Numbered from the stretch's first letter, positions 24,333 through 34,138 are shown. The stretch: DNA of 64,000 bases from Desulfobacterales bacterium (GCA_963668645.2 CAXXWC010000003.1:160001-224000); one strand, 5' to 3'. Program-made: numbers and translations. The notes: generated from the sequence alone by a model not told the origin.

Positions 24333-25013
24333 TCAAGTTATGGGAACGACCGACATCAGGCCCAGGCCCATGGCCTTTCCGTGACCGATACCGAATTCCA
24401 GGGCATCATTGAACTTGCCTGCGTCGGTTACCGAGAGAAGGCCTTCATAAAGGACCGCGAAGAGCCGTATCGCGTTGCCGCCATGCTGCCTTCCCCGGAG
24501 CATCTGGTCTTGTGATATCCGCACGTCAATCCGCGTTAGCGAGGAACCTTGAAGATCAGCGCTTTCGGGGTCCCATCCTGGAAACCCAAATCCGTGCAGC
24601 CCGGCCTTACGCACAAGCCATGACATCTGCTCGTCGAACCGAAGCAGCCCGATGCGCTTTCCTTTGCGGCACACGCAGGGATTGGCGCGCAGTCTGAAAC
24701 GAAATTTCCGGCCGGCCGTGAGCAAATCCAACTTGAGCCGAATCCTCAGGTCAATGGGGGGATCGGCCCCTGCGAGCCAGCCTCTCACGCCGATCCCTTT
24801 CCAGTCGGGCCTCGAACGGCTCTGAACAAGAACCTGGGCAAAGCCGGATCGATCCGTTTCCGGTTCGATGCGCCACAGAAATTGGCCGCTTGGGCATTTG
24901 CGATCCGGGGGGTTGAATGCCCGGCAAAGCGTGGCATGCAACTGGTACGGGTCCGCCAGGTCGCGCCGGGCTTCCCGGCACCGCGGGTCAATGTGGATCC
25001 TGTTCAGGAACAT
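24333..25013 (-). CDS. cas6e: Type I-E Cas6e (Cse3) crRNA endoribonuclease
   Basis: YQLHATL, FRFRLRANP, G-rich loop GIGHGKAMGLGL. Confidence 0.95.
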   Translation of the reverse strand: MFLNRIHIDPRCREARRDLADPYQLHATLCRAFNPPDRKCPSGQFLWRIEPETDRSGFAQVLVQSRSRPDWKGIGVRGWLAGADPPIDLRIRLKLDLLTAGRKFRFRLRANPCVCRKGKRIGLLRFDEQMSWLVRKAGLHGFGFPGWDPESADLQGSSLTRIDVRISQDQMLRGRQHGGNAIRLFAVLYEGLLSVTDAGKFNDALEFGIGHGKAMGLGLMSVVPIT

Positions 25014-25695
25014 CGGATACCTCCTGGGGAAAGGGGATCCACGCCGAACGCACGAACCGTGCGCCAAACCGCCGCTCGGAAAAGGACGACAGCGGCTGAT
25101 CCATTCTCAAAACGCCTGATCCGTCATCGGACTCGAACGAAATCAATAATTTCTCAGGTGCTTTTTCCCATTTGCGTTTTGTTGCGATCCATGGCCACCG
25201 CGTCAACACGTCCAGCGCGAACTCGTCCTTCAGGCCATCTTCCACCGCCACCGGTTCGGAGGGCACATAGGATTTGCGCCCCAGGGCCAACGGCCAGAAA
25301 GGATTTCTCAGTGCGGCGTCAAGGTTTTCGAGAAACGCGAGGTCATTTCCTTCCATGCTGACAAGAAAGGCCGCATCAGCGAGATAGTGGCGCTGCGAGA
25401 CCACACCGTCTTTTGAAAGGCTCCCATCCGCCTTGATGATCCTGTCTGTGGCCGCGCACCCTGCCGTCTGGTAATCCCGCTTGGGAATCCCCGGCCGGTC
25501 ATGGCGCACCGCCATCTTCAATTGCGCGATCGGTTCCAGATTTTTCCAATTGTCCCGGTCGATTCCCGAGGCAGCAGCCAAAAGCCCGACGACACCCGAC
25601 TTGCTTGGTTCTTTGCCGGTATCGCGCTGGTCGAATCGGCTGGTGGTTCCCCAGGATTGCATTGGGCCCGCCAGGCGAAGCAGCAATGTGGGCAT
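24988..25695 (-). CDS. cas5: Type I-E Cas5 (CasD)
   Basis: LRLAGPMQSWG, PSKSGVVGLLAAA, RHYLADA, LGRKS. Confidence 0.96.
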   Translation of the reverse strand: MPTLLLRLAGPMQSWGTTSRFDQRDTGKEPSKSGVVGLLAAASGIDRDNWKNLEPIAQLKMAVRHDRPGIPKRDYQTAGCAATDRIIKADGSLSKDGVVSQRHYLADAAFLVSMEGNDLAFLENLDAALRNPFWPLALGRKSYVPSEPVAVEDGLKDEFALDVLTRWPWIATKRKWEKAPEKLLISFESDDGSGVLRMDQPLSSFSERRFGARFVRSAWIPFPQEVSDVPEQDPH

Positions 25696-25698
25696 GGC

Positions 25699-26862
25699 TC
25701 ACTCCTTTGCCGCTTGCACCGCGTTTTCCAGCAGCGCATCCAGGGTAGTCTCAACCTTGGCTCCCGATCCATCGATCTGCGCGTCCGCGAGATTCAAGAT
25801 GAACGTCTGCCCGGCGCCCCCGTAGGCGGCCTGGAGCGCCTTGGCTTTTCGGGCGAGCAATTCGGCCGATTTTCTGGTGATGGACTCATCTTTTCCTACG
25901 CGCACTGAGATCTCGAAGGCATTGGCGAGACTTCGCGGTGCCGTATCGCGGCGCACGGCGATAGCTACGAATTCTGGTGGATTGTGGGCCGCAAAGGTGT
26001 TCTGTTTGCCGGTCGGCTCGGCGACCACGAAGGCCTCCAGAAAGGCCTTCAGCCCTTTTTCTGCGAGATCGGTGTCGCCTTGAAGGTTCCCGACGAGCTT
26101 TTCCCAGTCCACGAGCGCATACCGATAGAAACAGGCCGAATTGAACTCGACAGTTCCCATCATGTCCGCGCCGGCAGTGTCTTCCGGCTTGAGATCGTCC
26201 ACGGCGGTATAGAAATCGAATTCACGCTCGACGGCATGGGTCGATATTGCGTGAGCCACCTGGCAAGCGGCATCCTGGTTCTTTTCCGGCATGTCGGCCA
26301 GCATGCGTCCGAAAAAAGCCACATCGACCGCTTTGACGCCGTCAAGGACCTTGTCGAGGGCTACCTTTAATTCTGGGTCGGCGTCCTGGGCGGCCTTTTT
26401 CTTGGCCTTGCCGGCCTTCTTCCCTTCCACCGACGCCGCCTCACCAGAAACGATACGATCCCAGCGCTTGTCGATGATATCGGCGATTTTCGATATCTCG
26501 CGTCGTCCGACAAACAACAGGTACTCGGTTTTCCCGTCATCCTTTACCGCAAACCCCATGGTTTCCAATGCCGTCTGCGCTTTTCCAGTCGCTTCATCCA
26601 CGTTGCGTCCTTTTTCTGCCAGGGCCGCGGCCAGAGGCTGCAAAAGGCGCTTGGTCCGAACGGCGATATCTTCAGATGACAATGCGTTCTTTTTTACCAA
26701 TCCATTGAAGTGCTGCCTTACCGCCCGCTTGAAACATTGGCTGGAGACACGGGCGCGGCGGGTGCCGCCGAACAGGGCGTCCTTGGGCGCGCCGGTGTCA
26801 TCCCGGTTCAGGTTGGACGGGGCAAAGTTTTGCAGCGCGTGAATCTCTACGATGGTTTTCAT
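25699..26862 (-). CDS. cas7: Type I-E Cas7 (Cse4/CasC)
   Basis: [46 protein letters not shown]. Confidence 0.97.
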   Translation of the reverse strand: MKTIVEIHALQNFAPSNLNRDDTGAPKDALFGGTRRARVSSQCFKRAVRQHFNGLVKKNALSSEDIAVRTKRLLQPLAAALAEKGRNVDEATGKAQTALETMGFAVKDDGKTEYLLFVGRREISKIADIIDKRWDRIVSGEAASVEGKKAGKAKKKAAQDADPELKVALDKVLDGVKAVDVAFFGRMLADMPEKNQDAACQVAHAISTHAVEREFDFYTAVDDLKPEDTAGADMMGTVEFNSACFYRYALVDWEKLVGNLQGDTDLAEKGLKAFLEAFVVAEPTGKQNTFAAHNPPEFVAIAVRRDTAPRSLANAFEISVRVGKDESITRKSAELLARKAKALQAAYGGAGQTFILNLADAQIDGSGAKVETTLDALLENAVQAAKE

Positions 26863-27374
26863 TCGGCGACCTCCTGGTTGGTTAAACCGTTCGATATCGT
26901 ACCGGATTGGGATCGATAGTAGTCTCGCGCCCAGGCGTTCTGGGTGCGTTTCTGATCGTCGTTCCAGTACAGCAGACCCTTCAAGACGGATTCAAAGTCT
27001 ATGGGCTGGTCCTTGAGCAGCGCGACCATCTGGCGCAGCCTGTGGGGCAACTGGTCTGCGTCGGAATCCAGCAGGTTGATAAAACGCCTCTCGACACTCG
27101 TCGAGCCGCTTGCCGATTGAAACGCCGCGCAGGCTCTGCCGAGCGGCAGCGAAGGTTCCCGTTGTCCCTCTCTCCAGTGCCCGGCCCAAAGACCGGCCAC
27201 GAGGTAGTGGACCTTGCGCCGCCACGCCGTTTCCGCATCCTTCACGAAGGGTTCCACGTAAGGAAAGGCAGGCACGAATTGTCCCGGGTCGAACGCCAGG
27301 CTCTGGCGCAGGACTGCGCGCACCTTGGTGTCTTTTTCGTTCAAACGCTCAAGCCATTCGATATAACCGCTCAT
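26859..27374 (-). CDS. cse2: Type I-E Cse2 (Cas11/CasB)
   Basis: Small helical protein between cse1 and cas7; ERRFINLL and WARDYY motifs. Confidence 0.9.
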   Translation of the reverse strand: MSGYIEWLERLNEKDTKVRAVLRQSLAFDPGQFVPAFPYVEPFVKDAETAWRRKVHYLVAGLWAGHWREGQREPSLPLGRACAAFQSASGSTSVERRFINLLDSDADQLPHRLRQMVALLKDQPIDFESVLKGLLYWNDDQKRTQNAWARDYYRSQSGTISNGLTNQEVAE

Positions 27375-28912
27375 TCCCCCTCCTTGTTCGGTTCGAGCTT
27401 CATAATCTCGTTACTCAGCACGTTCAGTTTGTCCCGCACTGGTTTTTCGGCTTTCACCAGAGCGCGTATAGCCCACGCATCCCCCATGGCGACCGAGGCG
27501 CTGTGCTTCTCCCAGGCTTTGCGCAATGCTCCGCGCACCGATTCGAGCCATTGGCGCCGGATATCATTCTCGTCTCGATCCAGACTGTAGTCTCGCAAAA
27601 TTTCATGGAAATGGGATTCCATCGCGGACCAATACCAGGCGATCGCAGGCATCTGCTCCACAAAGTTTTTGACATCCTTCGCTGCCGGTTCACGTCCTCC
27701 ACGGCCCAACAGTTGCCGTGCAAATGTACGACAGGCCTGCCAAAGAGCACTTTGAGCATCTTCGGCGTCGGATAGAAGCTGATGGATTTCCGTACGGATA
27801 AAACGGTCGGTGCCCAACGCTTCGGGTAAGGCGAATCGTTCCATCCGCCAATACTTGATCTTTGCCTTGTCGTTGGCCTGACCGAGGACAATTACCGACT
27901 TGGGAAATCGCCCCCGATCTGCTCGGGTTAAAATCGTTGCATGCTCGATAACACGCGGTGCCAGGCGCGATTCATCCGGCAACAAGGAATCGAAGTCACG
28001 CCAAAGCCCTCGATCACGGAACTGGACCGGCAATTTTCCTCTTTTTTCGTCGATCCGGTAACCGAGCATGGGATCGACATATCCTTCCAAGGAGCACCCA
28101 ATACCGGACGCGAAAGTCAGTTCCGCAATCGAAGCGTCGCCCCCCTGCGGATTGAATTTGATGGATCTCGTCCTCCAAGTATATAGATCCGACCGTCCCA
28201 AAACGGCTCTTTCTATGCCTTTTTGGAGAGATGCGAGAGAGTCCGGCGCTCTTTCCCAAACAGGAACGTCTGTTTTGAGTATTTCCCGGTTTTCAGGAAC
28301 CAATGAAAAAAGAAGAGTGTCTTGAAGGGTTATGCCCAATGGAAGCGCCATTGCCGTAGCGGCTGAAGGCCCGCTCTTGGTATATTGGAAATCGCTTCTG
28401 CCACCGCCCAGCGCAAATGTTTGAGAAGCGATCAGCCAGCGAACCGCCTTCTTGGCGGGGATCGATCCTGCCTGCCGAATGTCGAGGTGATCGAAAAGGA
28501 CCTTGGCATTGTCGGCATTGTGCTCTGCAGCGATTGCCGCCCATGAACGCCACCGCTTCTTACCGCCTTTTTCTTTTGGCTCATAATCCGGAATCTGAAA
28601 AAAGGGATATTCTTCGTCAAACAACCAGAACCGGCTCCGCCATTTCTCCAGATAATCGGCGATCCGCTCGTCGGGCAGACCGCTTTTGAACAAAGCCTTG
28701 GCCTGGTCGATGCCGGTCGGCCCTTCCAGCGCACGGTAAAGCACCGCCAGCAGGAAACGATGCAAGGCGGCGACCACCAGGGGCGATGGATCCTCGATGG
28801 CGGAAATCTCCAAGGCGCGGCGCAGCGTGTCGCGGATGCCCAGTTCGTCGCGGGATCCGTCTGGAAACCGCACCGGAATCCATTTCTCGTCGATCAGGTT
28901 GAATCGGCTCAT
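27371..28912 (-). CDS. cse1: Type I-E Cse1 (Cas8e/CasA)
   Basis: FNLIDEKWIPV, ALHRFLLAVL, FWLFDEEYPFFQ, LWRDFDSL. Confidence 0.94.
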   Translation of the reverse strand: MSRFNLIDEKWIPVRFPDGSRDELGIRDTLRRALEISAIEDPSPLVVAALHRFLLAVLYRALEGPTGIDQAKALFKSGLPDERIADYLEKWRSRFWLFDEEYPFFQIPDYEPKEKGGKKRWRSWAAIAAEHNADNAKVLFDHLDIRQAGSIPAKKAVRWLIASQTFALGGGRSDFQYTKSGPSAATAMALPLGITLQDTLLFSLVPENREILKTDVPVWERAPDSLASLQKGIERAVLGRSDLYTWRTRSIKFNPQGGDASIAELTFASGIGCSLEGYVDPMLGYRIDEKRGKLPVQFRDRGLWRDFDSLLPDESRLAPRVIEHATILTRADRGRFPKSVIVLGQANDKAKIKYWRMERFALPEALGTDRFIRTEIHQLLSDAEDAQSALWQACRTFARQLLGRGGREPAAKDVKNFVEQMPAIAWYWSAMESHFHEILRDYSLDRDENDIRRQWLESVRGALRKAWEKHSASVAMGDAWAIRALVKAEKPVRDKLNVLSNEIMKLEPNKEGE

Positions 28913-31563
28913 TCGGCCTCCTTTGGTTCAAACACCAACCCCAGGTCTTCATCCAGGCGCACGGACGGATCTTCCACCCACTGGCCGTCCGGTCTCAGCA
29001 CGAGCGCAAAGCAGTTGCGCAACAACGACGATTCCCGCCATCCTTCCGGAATTCCCTGGGTTTTGAGTCTTGCGACGACGCCTTTGCGCGACAGGCTCAC
29101 GGCCCGCTGGAACCATCGCTTGGCCGTTGCGAAATCCGGCGCGTCGGCCGGCTGGAATCCATCGGCCGCAAACAGGGGAATAGCCACCACGGAATCCTCA
29201 CCGAACCGGGTTCGGGCCATGAGGGTTCGATGCACGCCCGGGGCATCCTCGTCGTAAAGCACGAACCTTGCCGGATCATTCCAAGACCCATCGTCCGGAA
29301 AGCCCACGATCGCATGGTGGGCCATCGCCTGGAATGCGAGGGCGTCGCCATCTGCCTTGATCCGGGCGCTTTCCAGTCGTTCCTGCAAGGCTTCGGTGAC
29401 CTCCACCTCGTCTTCGTACACGGCCTGAACCAAGGGGTCGATCTCGTCCGGCAGTGTCAGGGTCGGCCGGTCTTTCAGCAGGCTCCAGGTGCGCAAGAGC
29501 AGATCTTCGCGATAAACGGAATCCCACCACAACGGCTTTCCGAAGGATGGCGGCACTTCGCTATCGAGTCCTGAAACCATCAGAATCGGTTCGGCCACGG
29601 GCCTCGAATCCGCAGCATGCCGCCACAAGCGCCCGGCCCTTTGAAGAACGAGGTCGATGGGCGCCAGATCGGTCACCATGATGTCGAAATCGAGATCAAG
29701 GCTCTGCTCGGCGACCTGGGTGGCGATGAGGATCTTGCGGCCGGACCGAACGCTATCCTTGCCGAACGCCGCGAGCGCATGGTCCTCCCGAACCTGCCTC
29801 CAGGAGGCCGGAAAGCGCGCATGGAAGAGGAACACCTCCGTGCCGTCCTCAAGGCGCTTGCCGACTCGGCGGTTCTGGCACACCACAGGCTCGCCCTCGG
29901 GAGACAGCCGGTAGAGGTCCTGGGCGCGCTGCACCGTGTTGACCAGGGCCAGCCCCGTGCCACCTCCGGCAAGATGGGCCTCAAGGCTGGCACGGATAAC
30001 CGATAAATCGGACGGGATGCCGACGAGCCGCAGCACCCGGCGGCGTTTCGGGTCCGCCTCGAAGTGCGTTTGCGCCACGCCCTCTTGATTGAAAACCGTC
30101 AGACGCGGATACCCCGGTTCTCGCTCCAGCTTCTCCGCACCCACCACCGCCGCCAACTTCCGACGGATCGATGGCGACAAGGTGGCCGAAAGGAGCACCA
30201 CCGAAGAGCCAAGCGCCAGAAGCCATCGCAGCAGGTGGACCAGCAGGGTGCCGGTGTAGGCGTCGTAGGCGTGGATTTCGTCCAGCACCACGACCCGGTT
30301 GGCAAGTCCCCACAGGCGGACGAAGTTGTGGCGAACCGGCAGGATCGGCAACAGCGCCTGATCCACGGTCCCGACCCCGTATTCCGAGAGCAACGCCCGC
30401 TTCTTGTGGGTGAACCATTCGCCGGCGCGGATTTCGCCCCCCGATTCAGGGTCGTGTATCCCCGTTAAGCGCAAATCCTGAAAGCTGTCGTTGAGCAACG
30501 CCCCACCGTGCAATAGCTGCAAGTCCAGCGATCGGTCGGAGATCTGGCCCGTCAGGAAATCGCGCGTCCGGGCGAACATTGCATTTCCGGTGGCCTTGGT
30601 CGGCAGCGCCACGTAGAGGCCGCGATGGCCGAAACGGCGTTGCAGCTCCAGGTACGCGTAAAAAGCGGCCTCGGTCTTTCCTTCGCCCATGGGTGCTTCC
30701 ACCAGCAGGATGGCCGGCGCCGGCACTTTTGTTACTATGTTTTCCACAGCCTGCTGAAGAGTACGAGGCCTAAGGCCGAAAACCGATTCAAACGACTCCG
30801 CTTCTTTAGAAAGCGGATCCCTTCTCTGCCAACCGAGGCTGTCCAGGGCATGATCAGCAAACATCCTGCGCTTTGCAAACCAGGCTTTCAGGTCAACACA
30901 ATCTTCTACGGTTCCAAACGGGAACCAATCGACGTTTGAGCCAATCCAGTCGGCAAAGCTGGTCAGACCGGCCAACAGCATAAAATCCTGCCCTGAAAGG
31001 TTCTGTGTTTCAGGTAGAATTCCTGTGCCTAAAACTTCAAATACGGACTCCATGATGTCGCGCCGGGCATCGTTCCATTCCTTTTTTCCAATGGCGCGTT
31101 GATCTCCACTTAATCTATCCAGAACTGTCGGGTTAGCTCTCTCGCCATGGTGGCAACCAACCGCATCCGCGGCCGACTCCGCCAGATCCTCGGACCAGCC
31201 TTTCTCCACAAGAAATTCTGTCAAAGCGATCTGGCTGACAAAGGCATGATTGATATTGGTGTTCGGACTTCTGGGAAGCTCCAAGCCGGTACCGCTGGAA
31301 AGCCATCCGAGCCACTTGCACTGGAACCCCGGGCAGGCTTTGCCCAAATCATGGCATGCGGATAGGCTTAAAATCCAAGACCGTGCCATAACCCATTTCA
31401 TACCCAAAATCCCAGAGATCAAATTCCTTGTTGTCTCCGGCTCTCTTGCCAATATTGCATCCGTACAGGCAGCCACATCCAGAAGATGAAGAATAAGAGG
31501 ATGCCATTTTGCTTCCCCACTGCTCTCTGTTTTAGCCCAGAGGCAAGCCAAACGCTTTTCCAC
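28909..31563 (-). CDS. cas3: Cas3 HD nuclease-SF2 helicase
   Basis: HLLDVA, HDLGK, HHG, FADWIGS; APMGEGKT, DEIH, LSAT, QRAGRLWRH; GTG start at 31563 with G-rich RBS (alternative ATG at 31608). Confidence 0.97.
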   Translation of the reverse strand: MEKRLACLWAKTESSGEAKWHPLILHLLDVAACTDAILAREPETTRNLISGILGMKWVMARSWILSLSACHDLGKACPGFQCKWLGWLSSGTGLELPRSPNTNINHAFVSQIALTEFLVEKGWSEDLAESAADAVGCHHGERANPTVLDRLSGDQRAIGKKEWNDARRDIMESVFEVLGTGILPETQNLSGQDFMLLAGLTSFADWIGSNVDWFPFGTVEDCVDLKAWFAKRRMFADHALDSLGWQRRDPLSKEAESFESVFGLRPRTLQQAVENIVTKVPAPAILLVEAPMGEGKTEAAFYAYLELQRRFGHRGLYVALPTKATGNAMFARTRDFLTGQISDRSLDLQLLHGGALLNDSFQDLRLTGIHDPESGGEIRAGEWFTHKKRALLSEYGVGTVDQALLPILPVRHNFVRLWGLANRVVVLDEIHAYDAYTGTLLVHLLRWLLALGSSVVLLSATLSPSIRRKLAAVVGAEKLEREPGYPRLTVFNQEGVAQTHFEADPKRRRVLRLVGIPSDLSVIRASLEAHLAGGGTGLALVNTVQRAQDLYRLSPEGEPVVCQNRRVGKRLEDGTEVFLFHARFPASWRQVREDHALAAFGKDSVRSGRKILIATQVAEQSLDLDFDIMVTDLAPIDLVLQRAGRLWRHAADSRPVAEPILMVSGLDSEVPPSFGKPLWWDSVYREDLLLRTWSLLKDRPTLTLPDEIDPLVQAVYEDEVEVTEALQERLESARIKADGDALAFQAMAHHAIVGFPDDGSWNDPARFVLYDEDAPGVHRTLMARTRFGEDSVVAIPLFAADGFQPADAPDFATAKRWFQRAVSLSRKGVVARLKTQGIPEGWRESSLLRNCFALVLRPDGQWVEDPSVRLDEDLGLVFEPKEAE

Positions 31564-31594
31564 CGTTTCCCCCCCTCGATCCTTCAGTATTCTG

Positions 31595-31987
31595 TCATAA
31601 CGTAGCATTCCGGTCCGAAATTTTTAGCCAAATTTTCCCCACAGCCCGTGCATCGTCCAGAGCCCGATGCAGCCGCAACGCCTCGGTCTCCCCAGGAACC
31701 AGATAGAGGTCGCCGCCGATAAATTGACGAAAGTAATCAAAGACCAGCACCGGTTCGGGCTGGCCGGCGAACATCGCCTCGCTGATACCGTGGACCTGCC
31801 TTGCACCGGGTGTAACTTTCCGGCCGCAGTCGATCATGCTGTGAAACGCCTCACCCGGACCGGCGCCGGATATGCGCACCGTGGCGATTTCGATCACCCG
31901 GTGCCCGCGTGCCGGCGACATGCCGGTGGTTTTCAGGTCCACCGCCCCGGCTGGTTTCAGTTTTCTTTTGCCCAATTCACACCTCAT
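31595..31987 (-). pseudogene. Degenerate DEDDh (DnaQ-like) 3'-5' exonuclease
   Basis: ExoI reads VDLKTTG (E replaced by K); HRVIEIA and VHGI motifs; ExoIII HRALDDA intact; ExoII (HNxxFD) absent; ATGA overlap with the upstream gene. Confidence 0.7.
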
Positions 31988-32802
31988 TTCAGGGGCCTTG
32001 TACCCCTGCATTGCGGATAATCGGAGCAACCCCAGAACCGGGTGCCGGCGTTTTTCCCGTAGCGGGCGGTTCGTTGCTTCATGGGCCGGCCACACTTGGG
32101 GCAAACCGGGGGTTGGGTCGGATCGGCCTGATCGGACTGATCCGTCGGATCGGACCGATCGGAAGACAGTTTATTGCAACGCCGCTCGGCCAGGCGGGCC
32201 GCCAGGAGATTTTCGCGATAGCCGCCCTTTTCGATAACGGCCCGTTCCAGAGCCGTAATCTGGCGGTCCAAAAGAAAGTTAGCCTGGTGGATCAGGCAGA
32301 TCAGGGTATTGGCGACGATGGCCGGATCGGGATTTTCCAGCCAAAAGGCGTATTTGGAATAATCGGAGGCATCCGACGGATCGGTCGCATCCGTCGGATC
32401 AGACATGATTTTGCCCAAACACCGCACTTCCGAGGCCTCCGGGCCGTCCTTGGCCCATTGGGGAAGATGGCGCTGGCGCAGGAAATCTTCATAATCCAGC
32501 AGCAGTTCATCCAGGCTGGCACGGGCCACATTGGTCAGGCGGATTTCAGAGGCGCTGCTGGTCGCTCCGGCACGGCTTCCTTCGGCGATGTTTTGCCGGC
32601 CGCTACGTGCCGCTTGCACCATCTGGTCGTGGGTGCGCGAGCGCGGATCGACAAACCTTCGGCAAAAGGAGATTGTCCCATCGTAGATGATGGTTGCCGT
32701 TTGAAAACTGCGCAGCTTGCGGTATCCGCCGCCGGCCCTCAAACGCTGCGGTCGATCTTTCCGGTCCGGCCGGCCTTTTATCGTCGGTCCGTCGGGCGAC
32801 AC
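31984..32802 (-). CDS. Four-helix-bundle (23S IVP/Avd-like, 'suffix domain' type) protein with C-terminal topoisomerase-type C4 zinc ribbon
   Basis: GGYRKLRSF, DQMVQAARSGRQNIAEGS, ARASLDELLLDYEDFLR; CPKCGRPM...FWGCSDYPQC. Confidence 0.85.
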   Translation of the reverse strand: MSPDGPTIKGRPDRKDRPQRLRAGGGYRKLRSFQTATIIYDGTISFCRRFVDPRSRTHDQMVQAARSGRQNIAEGSRAGATSSASEIRLTNVARASLDELLLDYEDFLRQRHLPQWAKDGPEASEVRCLGKIMSDPTDATDPSDASDYSKYAFWLENPDPAIVANTLICLIHQANFLLDRQITALERAVIEKGGYRENLLAARLAERRCNKLSSDRSDPTDQSDQADPTQPPVCPKCGRPMKQRTARYGKNAGTRFWGCSDYPQCRGTRPLK

Positions 32803-32998
32803 CCTCGCTTCTCCCTTGTCTATTGGGGATAACGGCTATGGCAAAGTACTGAAGGCCAATTCAAACCGCAAAGACAATCGCAATCAATTGGTTTAACGAA
32901 ATATATTAATATTTTTACCTGGCACCGCTTCTTCGGAAAACGGGAAGGTGCACAGGGGCTTCAATCCTCCTTTGACGGAATTTTCAAAAAGGCTACCA

Positions 32999-33044
32999 CA
33001 TGACTTTGTCAGATCAGGACAAAACCGAGGGGAAAAAAGTCATG
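32999..33044. promoter_or_regulatory. Nested inverted repeats, candidate operator upstream of the cas operon
   Basis: CATGACTTT...AAAGTCATG overlapping TTTGTC-N7-GACAAA. Confidence 0.45.
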
Positions 33045-33067
33045 GCTTGTTTTTTTGGGGGCTTGAT

Positions 33068-34138
33068 TTACCCTCTGCTCCCTTCGTGCCAAAGAGATAT
33101 GTTCTCCGCCGTACGGCTTTCGATTTGCGAGTCCCCCACATCCTGGACCTCCTCCAACGGTTCAGGCCCGTATTGGCGCAAGGCTTCAACCATATCCCGG
33201 CGTACCGCCTCGCGCAGCTCGACCGGCGCCGCCACATAGGCCTCGGGGCCCAGACTCAGCACCCACTGCTTGATCTCATCAAGGCCGGCCACCCGAAAGG
33301 CGATCTCGATGCCGCCATCGATCTGCTTCTGGATCGACTGGCTCGCATGCCAGATCCTTCCGGCGACGTACCTCGCCCAAGCCGGGCTGATACGGATACG
33401 CACCGCGTAAATCTCGTCGCTCATCACCTTGAAGCTGTTTTTGACAAAATCCACGAAACGGAAGGTATCCGGAATTGTGAAAAAATCATCGGTGGACTGA
33501 AGCAGACTTATACGGTCCACTGCGAAAATGCGAACCGCCGCGCGCAGATGGCAGTAAGCCACTAGGTAGATGGTGCCGTCCTGATACCAGACCTTGTATG
33601 GGTCGATACGCCGGCGAACCCGTTCGCTGTCGCGCAGGCCCTGGTAGGCGATCTCCAAGGTGCGTTTCTCCACGGCGGCCGCCGCCACCTGGCTGACGAT
33701 GCCCGCATGGCGGCCATGATCGCGGCAGGGGCCGAGGCCGGCGCAAACGGCATCCTTCAATCGGGCAAGGTAGTCACGCGTCTCGTCCGGCAAACCGGCT
33801 TCGACTTTCTGCAACAGTCCTGACAGCGATTCGTGGAACACCGTTCCCCGCAGCCCGTCCATCATCGCCTCGCTCATCCGCAAGGCCATCAGTTCGGTGG
33901 GTTGCAAGGGCTGATCCACGGTAAAACGGTAGCCTTCCATCAGCCGCCAGCGCTTGCGGCCCCCGACTTTATCGGTATAGATGGGAAACCCGGCCTGTTG
34001 CAGGTCTTCCAGATCCCGGTAGGCCGTGCGCTGGCTCACCCCGGCAAGGGCCTTGATCTGGGCCACGGTGCACCCGGTCCGGGAGGCTTCAAGCCGTCTT
34101 AGAATCCGCCATTGCCTGGAAAGCTGGTCTCCGCGCAT
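33068..34138 (-). CDS. wHTH-WYL-WCX transcriptional regulator
   Basis: MRGDQLSRQWRIL, HTH VSQRTAYRDL, RRIDPY, IYLVAYCHLR..VRIFAVDRI, WVLSLG. Confidence 0.93.
   Translation of the reverse strand: MRGDQLSRQWRILRRLEASRTGCTVAQIKALAGVSQRTAYRDLEDLQQAGFPIYTDKVGGRKRWRLMEGYRFTVDQPLQPTELMALRMSEAMMDGLRGTVFHESLSGLLQKVEAGLPDETRDYLARLKDAVCAGLGPCRDHGRHAGIVSQVAAAAVEKRTLEIAYQGLRDSERVRRRIDPYKVWYQDGTIYLVAYCHLRAAVRIFAVDRISLLQSTDDFFTIPDTFRFVDFVKNSFKVMSDEIYAVRIRISPAWARYVAGRIWHASQSIQKQIDGGIEIAFRVAGLDEIKQWVLSLGPEAYVAAPVELREAVRRDMVEALRQYGPEPLEEVQDVGDSQIESRTAENISLWHEGSRG

Noticed and set aside
31984..32802. Diversity-generating retroelement suggested by the Avd-like fold
   Set aside because: No reverse transcriptase and no template/variable repeat pair in the window
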